A stretch of 64,000 nucleotides of DNA from Eledone cirrhosa (taxonomy: Eukaryota), in NCBI GenBank assembly GCA_964016885.1, contig OZ024752.1, positions 14,446,001 through 14,510,000 on the forward strand, read 5' to 3'. The translations under genes and the position numbers were made by a program. Shown here piece by piece: positions 56,053-64,000 of this stretch; positions within the stretch are counted from its first letter, which is position 1, and each line of letters starts with the position of its first letter. The notes below the pieces were generated by a model that was given only the letters and a program-made list of their open reading frames with translations, searched no databases and was not told the DNA's origin.

Positions 56053-59000
56053 TTCAGAGAGGCTTTCAAGGAATCCTTATACCTTTTTTTTGGTTTATGT
56101 GGCGGTCGTTTTGCTTTAACCAACACTCCATAAAAGAGTTGTTTTGGTATTCTAGAATCCTTCATCCTGGCAAGGTGACCACTCCAACGGAGTCGTTGCT
56201 AAGCACAAGAGCTTCTATACTGTCACACATAGAGCTTTCCAAAATCTTGACATCACTGATGTGGTCCCTCCAGTGAACGCCATGGATCCGTCTGAGACAC
56301 ATCTGATGGAAACGCTCCAATTGCTTAAGGTGGTGTCGATATGTGACCCAGGTCTCGCAGGCATAAAGAAGACAAGAGAGCACACATGTCCTGTACACCT
56401 TTACCTTTGCCCTCCTGCATATGTCTCGCCGACCCCAGAGTCGCCTTTCTAGCTTTCCGAAAGCATCACTTGCTTTCCTAATCCTAAGTGAGATTTCACT
56501 GTGAAGGTTGCTGTATCGATTGACAGTGCTTCCCAGGAAGACAAACTGATCAACCACTCCAAGTCGTTTGCCATACACATAGATGTTTGGTTCAGTGTAC
56601 TGTTTACCAGGGGCAGGTTGGTACATGACGACGGTTTTCTTGAGACTGACAGTCAGACCTAGGGTAGTGCAAGCGTCAGAAAATGCATTCAAAATGTGCT
56701 GCATATCACTCTCTGTGTGCGCTACAAGATCGCAATCATCTGCATACAAGAGGTCTCTTATGATTGATGTAAATACTTTTGTCTTCGCAGCAAAGCGCCT
56801 GATGTTAAATATGCTGCCTGAGGTTCGATATTGGATGTAAACACCATGCTCGCAATTCCTGAATGCAATACAGAAAACCATTGCAAAGTATATGGCAAAC
56901 AGGGTCGGTGCTGGAATATCCCCCTGTTTTGCTCCATTTTTTACCGAGATAGGCTCCGACATGCTACCCCCGACATTAACCCAAGCCTTCATGTCGTCAT
57001 GGAAAGACCTAACTAAAGCAAGGAACTTATCAGGGCAACCAAGTTTCTGGAGAACCTTCCATAATGCATCTCTGTTAACAGTATCGAAAGCTTTTGTCAG
57101 ATCGACAAAATCCTGATACAGATCCAAGCCTTGTTCCATGCACTTCTCCTGGAGCTCTCTAGCTGAGAAGATCATATCAGTAGTGCCACGTCCAGCACGA
57201 AAACCAGATTGACTTTCAGGAAGAACACAATCTGCAATGTGTGTCAGCAGACGGTCCAGAAGCACCCTACATAAAACTTTCCCTACGACAGAAAGCAATG
57301 ATATACCTTTGTAGTTCCCACAATCGTTCCTGTTACCCTTTCCCTTGTACAAGACCACCATTACTGCATCTCTCCAGTCCTCAGGTACGGATTCATTAGC
57401 CCATATCCTGCCAAACAAAGAGTGGAGATGTTGCAGGAGTCTCTCACCACTATATTGTAGGAGCTCAGCATGTATGCCATCCATACCTGGAGATCTTCCA
57501 CTGTTCAGCTTCGAAATAGCCACTGCAACCTCCACAAGCGTCGGAAGTTCTGCGAGAGCTACTTTCACAGGACTTTCTGGAATGAGATTGAGGAAATCTT
57601 CACTGACGACAGACGGCTGATTCAAAAGATCATCAAAGTGCTCTCGCCACCTTCGTAGAATTCCTTGTGAGTCACGAAGAAGTTCTTTGCCATCCTTGCT
57701 GCGAAGCGGTGTCACCAGAGAAGAAAACGGTCCATAAACCTCACGCAAGAGACTGTACAATAGCTTTGTGTTATTGGAATCTGACGCAGTTTGTATCTCA
57801 CCAGCCTTCTCACTCCACCATTGATCCTTCATCTGAGAAAGACTCCGCCTAACACGTGATTTTACATCCCTGAGTTCCTCATGCAACGTATTCCTCTCCT
57901 GTGGTTTTGCCGTCAAGTAGCTGACAGAGCACGCCTCTTATCAGCCAACAAGTCTTCTATATGTACATCATTCTCATCAAACCAGTCCTGATGTTTCCTC
58001 TGCGCCAATCCCAGAACACGCCTGCCTACATCATAAACCGACTTTTTAAGGCTCGGCCAATCCTCACCAAGACCTGTAGCCTGCATTTCTTCTTCCAATG
58101 TCCTCTTCACATGTTTATCCTTAAGACGAGCAGCATTCAATCTTTTGGGCAGGGCAACACCAGGAGCCCGGATTTTACGTTTAGGGATTAGTTTCACTTT
58201 TGCGCGTACCAGGCGGTGGTCCGTCCAGCACTCAGCTCCACGAAGAACACGAACACACTGCACATCCTGTCTGTCACGCATCCTGACTAGGACGTAGTCC
58301 AAAAGATGCCATTCCTTAGATGCAGGATGCATCCATGTGGTCTGGAATGTGCTCTTTTGTTGGAACATGGTGTTGGTAACACACAGATCCAGCTCCTCAC
58401 ACATCTGCAACAGGAGCATACCATTGCTGTTACACTTTCCCACCCCATGCCTTCCGATTACATTCCATGTGTTAAAATCCCTACCCACTCTAGCATTAAA
58501 GTCACCAAGCACGATGACTTTGTCTGCCTGGGGGATATTTCTTAAAACACCTTTCAAGGCACCTTTTCCTCATCGACAGAACTCATAGTTGGAGCATACA
58601 CACTCACCAGAGTAGCATATCTCCCCTTGTCCAGCGGAACTCTCATGGACATAAGACGCTCACTAATCCCTACTGGGAATTCTTCTAATTTGTTTACAAG
58701 CACAGTCTTAACAGCAAATCCTATCCCAGCCACTCTTCTGGTTCCTTCATCTCTTCCTTTCCAGAAGAATGTATATTCTCCACAAAATTCCGTAAGATGA
58801 CCATCTCCAGCTAGCCTCGTCTCAGATAAAGCCACGATGTCAAGATCGTAACGTCGAAGCTCCTTTGCAACAAGAGCGGTCCTTCGTTCAGGACGCCCCA
58901 AGGAATCCCTGTCAAGCAGCGTCCGTACGTTCCAGCAGCCAAGACTAAATGCCTTGTTTGGCTCTATTACAATGGCACGATGACGAGCGGGCCCAGGCTG

Positions 59001-59464
59001 TGATAACCTGGGGCCCCTGCCCTTATTGCCAATGATCTTTTTTGTTCCAGAACCTAAAGTGCCACTTATCTCTTTTATATTGTTCTGGAACATCATTGAA
59101 TTGGATTAAAAAAAAAAAAAAAATTAATAATAATAGTAATAATAATAATAATAATAATAGTACACTATTAATAATTATTAATGCACTCGTGCAATGCCTG
59201 TGCGTGACGAATATTTTTAAAGTGATGAAAGACTGTGCACTGAGCCAATCCCACTCTCTAAGCGACAGTAGCTATAACCCGAAAAGAAGAAAAGATCAAC
59301 ATCATCGGTAACTATTGAGCCGCAGGTTTTATGTCGGAGTTAACCCAGTTTCCTGAGATGCCTTCTCCTAGAAGAATGCACTGACAAGGGCAAGGGGTTC
59401 TTCACTCCCAGTGGTTTAACTGCGCGATCAGGCATCCAGCCCGATTATTTCTATGTCCTCGCGC
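56053..59464 (-). mobile_element. RTE-BovB-like LINE, near full length, frameshifted
   Basis: APE domain WNVRTL, LSETR, YAPT, GDFNA, TDH; RT ESQSGFR, FVDLTKAFDTV, GAKQG, YADD; frameshifts near 58555, 57915 and 56190; 3' end missing. Confidence 0.93.
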
Positions 59465-59590
59465 AAAAAAAAAAAAAAAAATCACTTATTGACACTTATA
59501 CGTACGACATACACACACGCGCATACATATACGCGCACACAGCAACACTCATACATACAAACAAACACACACACGCTACTCTACTCACTT

Positions 59591-59626
<36 letters not shown>

Positions 59627-59730
59627 TACCGTCATTACTGATACAAGATTACAAGATTATGTCAACTGTTGACTTTCAAGAGTTTGTATAGTTGAAGCCG
59701 ATCGTATTACAGTCCAGTATTATTATAATT

Positions 59731-59886
59731 GCTTTACAGCATAGAGTCACGGCCCTCCACGCTCTGAGCTCAAATCCCGCCGAGGTCAACCTTGCCCTTC
59801 ATACCCATGGAGTCAACAAAAGAGAGTACCAGTGATGCGCTGGGACATTCGCTGGATCCGTGCCCAAAGCAGAAGAAATTATTATT
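59731..59886 (+). mobile_element. 5'-truncated SINE with T>C-biased divergence
   Basis: Ungapped alignment to the family; imperfect flanking repeat TATTATTA(TA/AA)(A/G)TTG. Confidence 0.85.
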
Positions 59887-60285
59887 AAAGTTGTTTTCTT
59901 AAGGCGCGGTCGCTGGTGATGGTGATGGCGGCGGCGGTAGTGGTGCTGGTGGCAGTTGCTGTTGTTGTTGTGTTGTGTGCGTGTGTGTGTTTTGTTATTT
60001 TTTTATTTTTTTTTATTTTTTTTTATCTTTTGATGCTGCTGTTGTTCATTCTAACGCTGTTGTTGCTGTAAACATTAGTGCCGGTGTTGTTGTTGTAGAT
60101 GTTGGGGTTGAAATCTGGTCGTTTGACTGAGTGATATATATACACACATATACATACATATATATATATATACATTAATAAGAGGAATTCCAACTTTGTC
60201 TGATTTACTCGTTTTATTTACAATCCTTTAAAATATGGTATTATAATGAAATAGTATGATAGAATATTAAATTCTAAGTGTTAAT

Positions 60286-60324
60286 TGAACAAGTACTTTC
60301 ATGCTTTCGCAATCTTCAGGTTCA
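60286..60324 (-). ncRNA. Type I minimal hammerhead ribozyme in PLE pseudo-LTR
   Basis: TGAAC-CTGAAGA-T-TGC-GAAA-GCA-T-GAAA-GTAC-TT-GTTCA. Confidence 0.85.
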
Positions 60325-60705
60325 TGATATGTGGTGACAGTCGAGTTTGCAATTTTTCAACTGTAATGAGATGGGTAAATTTACTACCTTTTATACATTT
60401 TATACAGAGAAAAGTGGCTCCAGAATGCAAAGCCCTGTAAACTGTATTTCGACCAATCAGTGTGTAGTTTCACTGAATTACTACAGCTGATTGGTTTAAG
60501 CGTCTCGGCTGGTTGAGCATGCTAACGACCAATAGTCATACCCAACGTATCAATTGTTTTGCTTTTTGAAATGATGAAAATAGCATTTTCTATTAATCAT
60601 CACCATCAACATCACTTTTATTATTATTATTATTGTTGTTGTTGTTGTTGTTGTTGTTAGTGGTCGTGGTCATAGTGGTAGTAGAAGTAATACCCCTAGG
60701 CGTTA

Positions 60706-62892
60706 TTATTGTTCATTTAGCTTGGGTTTGAATTTATCAATACAATTCTTTTCTTTGATTTTTCTCTTGATTTCACTTGGGCTGTGTAATTTGTAGAATG
60801 GGAATATTATAAATATTCCCTGACCACATGTTGCCAGGTGGCCGCTTAGGGGTATCTGACGGACATTTGGGTCTCTGATTTGTTGACGGTGTACCCGTGT
60901 ACGTTCCGATAGTGCATTTCCAGTTTGACCGACATATAGTTCTTCACAATTCGGGCATTTAATGCAGTAAATTAGATTTCTGCTTTTGCAGTTCATATTT
61001 GCATTTGGGAATATTTTGCCAGTTTTTGTTTTCATATATTGACCGGCGTGTATGGATTGACATGTGCCGCATCGATTATCATTGCATTTAGATACAGTGA
61101 ATGATTGGTCTTTGTTGTTAAGGTCAAACTTTGCTTTTGTTAGCAATTGCTTCAAATTTTTTGGCTGTCTTTTACTAAGAGTCAAAGATCGATCTGTGAT
61201 TAAGCCTTTTAATTCATTACTTTGAGCAGTGGTCGGTAGGTTTGCTTTGGCAGTGTTGAATATATTCTGGTGACATGGGTTGTGTGTCATTATAAATGGT
61301 ATGACCAGTTCTTGGTTTCTTCTTCCTTGGGTTGTTCTAAGTTGTTGTATAGGTATTTTTATAGCCCGCTGTATGCCATTTTCTATAAGTAGAGATGGGT
61401 ATTTTTGTTTGAGCAAAAATTCTCTTAGTTCTGTTAGGCGTTTGTACCTGGTATTCGTATCTTCTACAATGGTACAAATTCTTCTGGCTAGGCAGTATGG
61501 GGTGTTGCGTTTTGTATGAGGTGGATGGCACGACTTAAAATTCAGATATTGATGGGTGTCTGTGTGTTTATAATATATATCCGTGGTAATGGTGGTGTCG
61601 TTTTTGATTATCATTATATCTAGGAATGGTAATTTTGTCCTACTCATCTCTTTTGTGAATTGGAGAGATGGGTGTAGGTTATTCAGGAGGATATTGAACT
61701 CATCCAGAATATCTAGAGATTCTGTCCAGATGATGAAACAGTCGTCAAGGTATCTCTTCCAAGATTTTTCAATGTACTTTCTAAAGTCAGTACTATATTT
61801 TTCCTCTATTTCTTGGTAGAGTTGTTGTTCTAAGTATCCCATTACAGAGTTCGCGTAAACGGGAGCAAACTTCGTTCCCATCGCTGTGCCTCTAATTTGG
61901 ATGTAATTCTTTCCATTGAAGAAGAAAGTGTTGTTTTCCAGAATAAGTTTAACTGCGTCTAATATAAATGGCGCTGTGAATCTAATGGGAATCACTTCTC
62001 TATGTTTTTCCACCCAGTATTTAACCGCCTTTATTCCTAAATCATGTGTAATGTTGGTGTAAAGGCTTACCACATCAAAACTGAGTAGAAGTGAATTCGT
62101 TTCCGTGGTTTTGGGAAGATGGGACAGGAAGTCGATATCATCCCGGATGAAACTGGGTATGTGAATACATAGTGGTTTCAAAATAATGTCAACAAAATTG
62201 CTTAGACGGTGAGTGGGGCATGTTGGACCAGCTATAATAGGTCTAAGTTTTAAGTCTTTTGGGTATAATAATTTAATGTACTCACTGTTTTGTTCTCTTA
62301 CTGCCAGTTGTATTTCTTTTGACTTGTGAACTTTCGGTAGGCCATACAGGTTGCTGGATTTCGGCTCAAAATTGGTGATGTAGTCTCTTTCCTTATCAGT
62401 AAATGAGTTGTGGTATTTTGAAGCCAGGTTGTTGATCTTCTTCATGATGTTGTGGTCTATATTTGACGGTATTTCATGATAGAATGTTGTGTCTTTCAGT
62501 TGTTCCTCAACCAAATCCTTGTAGTATTCAGTATCCATTATAACAACTGCACCCCCTTTATCTACTTGTTTAATTATTATTGTTTTATCATTTTGTATAC
62601 GTTTAAGTGCAGACATTTCTGATTTGTTAATGTTTGACCTAACATTAGTATTATGTCTAAGAGGAAATTTAGACAGGATGTCAATGTATTGGTCGAGATA
62701 AATATTTCTTCCTTTTGGCGGAGTGAAATTTGATTTATTCTTTACTAGTGATTCATCACTCTCATTATTTTTATCAGCGAAGAATTCTACAAGACGTAAT
62801 TTTCGACAGAATTCTTGGGTATCCTCCTTCACTTCTTGGAGGTTGACTGTTGGAGTCGCTGAGACTTTCAGTCCTTTTGACAGAATTTGCAT
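60706..62892 (-). CDS. PLE reverse transcriptase + GIY-YIG endonuclease
   Basis: DKG, YGLPKVHK, LRPI, FDVVSLYTNI, GTAMG, RYLDD, FLD, YYK.T; CNDNRCGTC linker; LIYCIKCPNC..YVGQT; frame stays open upstream to about 63033. Confidence 0.95.
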   Translation of the reverse strand: MQILSKGLKVSATPTVNLQEVKEDTQEFCRKLRLVEFFADKNNESDESLVKNKSNFTPPKGRNIYLDQYIDILSKFPLRHNTNVRSNINKSEMSALKRIQNDKTIIIKQVDKGGAVVIMDTEYYKDLVEEQLKDTTFYHEIPSNIDHNIMKKINNLASKYHNSFTDKERDYITNFEPKSSNLYGLPKVHKSKEIQLAVREQNSEYIKLLYPKDLKLRPIIAGPTCPTHRLSNFVDIILKPLCIHIPSFIRDDIDFLSHLPKTTETNSLLLSFDVVSLYTNITHDLGIKAVKYWVEKHREVIPIRFTAPFILDAVKLILENNTFFFNGKNYIQIRGTAMGTKFAPVYANSVMGYLEQQLYQEIEEKYSTDFRKYIEKSWKRYLDDCFIIWTESLDILDEFNILLNNLHPSLQFTKEMSRTKLPFLDIMIIKNDTTITTDIYYKHTDTHQYLNFKSCHPPHTKRNTPYCLARRICTIVEDTNTRYKRLTELREFLLKQKYPSLLIENGIQRAIKIPIQQLRTTQGRRNQELVIPFIMTHNPCHQNIFNTAKANLPTTAQSNELKGLITDRSLTLSKRQPKNLKQLLTKAKFDLNNKDQSFTVSKCNDNRCGTCQSIHAGQYMKTKTGKIFPNANMNCKSRNLIYCIKCPNCEELYVGQTGNALSERTRVHRQQIRDPNVRQIPLSGHLATCGQGIFIIFPFYKLHSPSEIKRKIKEKNCIDKFKPKLNEQ

Positions 62893-63011
62893 TTCATCAT
62901 TGTCAAGATCTCTTTTAGATAAATTAATTATTTTAGGATCTACGTGTACAGCTGTTTTGGGTATGTTTCTTCCTGGAGTTTTTCTTTTTCCGGTTGTTGT
63001 TGTCCTGACGT

Positions 63012-63989
63012 TTAAAAATGAATTTTTCTCTGTTCAGGATTTATATTCCTGTTGGTGTTCGCTTGATGAATTTTTGGTCGTAATATTATATTTGGTTTCG
63101 TTATGTATTTTGTCCTATTTTTGGTATTCTGTATATTATTTTTCTTCCTGTTAGCATTATTTTTAACAATCTGGGAAAATGACCTAGGTTTGCTTTCAGG
63201 TTTAGATCGTTTTTTCGTCCAGTTTCTTGTGGGCAATCTCTGTTGAGATCTTGAGAGTGATCTGGTTATTCTACGTTTTGTTTCCACATTCCTTGTTGGT
63301 AGTCTCTGTTGAGATCTTGAGAATGATCTCCTGGTTTTACTACTTCTCATGGTCTGGTCAAAGGAATACCTATCGTGTTTGTGCTTTTTGTTCATGTTGT
63401 GTGCGATAGGGTGTTTTTGTAGAAAAAGCGATGAGTTATTACCGTAGTTCTTCTTTGATTCAAGGTAAGGTGAGTGTTTGTGTTGGCACGTGTTCTGGCG
63501 TATGTTGTGTTGATGAGATTGTCCACTTTTAATGCTTTTTCTCAGGGTTCCAGAGTCTTTACCGTAATTTGCAGCATATTCATCGAGAAATAATTGTTTC
63601 TGCTGCCATACCTTTCTTGATTTGTTTTCTTCTTTTGAGATATCTCCGATCCATAGTTCTCGTAGTTTTTCAGCTATAATACCAGTCGTTAGCTTTGAAA
63701 TTTCAACTTCAATTTGGTCATCAATAGCTTCATATTTGGCTTTGTAGCGGGATTGTTTACATTCAGAAATGGAGATGTCGGTCCTGAATTTTGTCAATGT
63801 AAGTTCCCATTGGAGTTTTGTTTCTTCTTCTGGTTCTCCTGCAATTTCTGTAATTAGGTATTTACGAGGGAGTATGGGTGCCGTTAGAGAGAGCCATTTC
63901 GAATGTGTTTCGACATATTTTTTGTATCTGTATGCTTTCCAGAAATTTTGTTTTCTTATGTTAAGGAATTTTTTCCATGTCTTCCACAT
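63012..63989 (-). CDS. PLE upstream ORF / N-terminal region (charged helical part then basic SR-rich repeats)
   Basis: At least 325 open codons directly upstream of the RT frame; duplicated RS.SRSQQRLPTRN; true start probably outside the window. Confidence 0.7.
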   Translation of the reverse strand: MWKTWKKFLNIRKQNFWKAYRYKKYVETHSKWLSLTAPILPRKYLITEIAGEPEEETKLQWELTLTKFRTDISISECKQSRYKAKYEAIDDQIEVEISKLTTGIIAEKLRELWIGDISKEENKSRKVWQQKQLFLDEYAANYGKDSGTLRKSIKSGQSHQHNIRQNTCQHKHSPYLESKKNYGNNSSLFLQKHPIAHNMNKKHKHDRYSFDQTMRSSKTRRSFSRSQQRLPTRNVETKRRITRSLSRSQQRLPTRNWTKKRSKPESKPRSFSQIVKNNANRKKNNIQNTKNRTKYITKPNIILRPKIHQANTNRNINPEQRKIHF

Positions 63990-64000
63990 TTCTTTTCTTA

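Larger units (their letters stand above)
60175..64000 (-). mobile_element. Penelope-like element, near-intact (runs off the window)
   Basis: RT + GIY-YIG ORF, upstream basic ORF, 3' pseudo-LTR region with HHR. Confidence 0.93.

Noticed and set aside
59330-59464. HDV-like ribozyme at the RTE 5' end
   Set aside because: A GCGCGA/TCGCGC stem exists, but I could not place P3/L3, P1.1 or the J4/2 cytosine.
60706-61100. Selenocysteine (UGA) recoding in the PLE endonuclease
   Set aside because: The ORF has no in-frame UGA; cysteines are conventionally encoded.

Overview
Eukaryotic, repeat-saturated non-genic DNA. The SINE family and the very long (TA)n arrays suggest an octopod cephalopod, which is an inference. 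No host protein-coding gene is supportable. Roughly 18-19 kb is imperfect (TA)n microsatellite, so all YI/IY-rich ORFs are artefacts. The rest is transposon-derived: about 11 tRNA-derived SINEs, two CR1-type LINEs, RTE, Tx1/L1 and CRE remnants, four Helitrons, hAT and Tc1/mariner MITEs, and several Penelope-like elements (PLEs), one with an intact RT + GIY-YIG ORF. The main signal is a dense set of type I hammerhead ribozyme (HHR) motifs (about a dozen, several families). These include two non-coding, terminally redundant or tandem HHR-bearing units of 484 nt (28176-29635) and 466 nt (45073-45703) that look like retrozyme or circular-RNA reverse transcripts inserted in (TA)n, and recurrent non-canonical HHR cores. 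Also notable are a SINE copy with a strand-biased T>C pattern matching ADAR neighbour preference and a SINE whose A-box is amplified 14-fold. All alignments and folds were done by eye.
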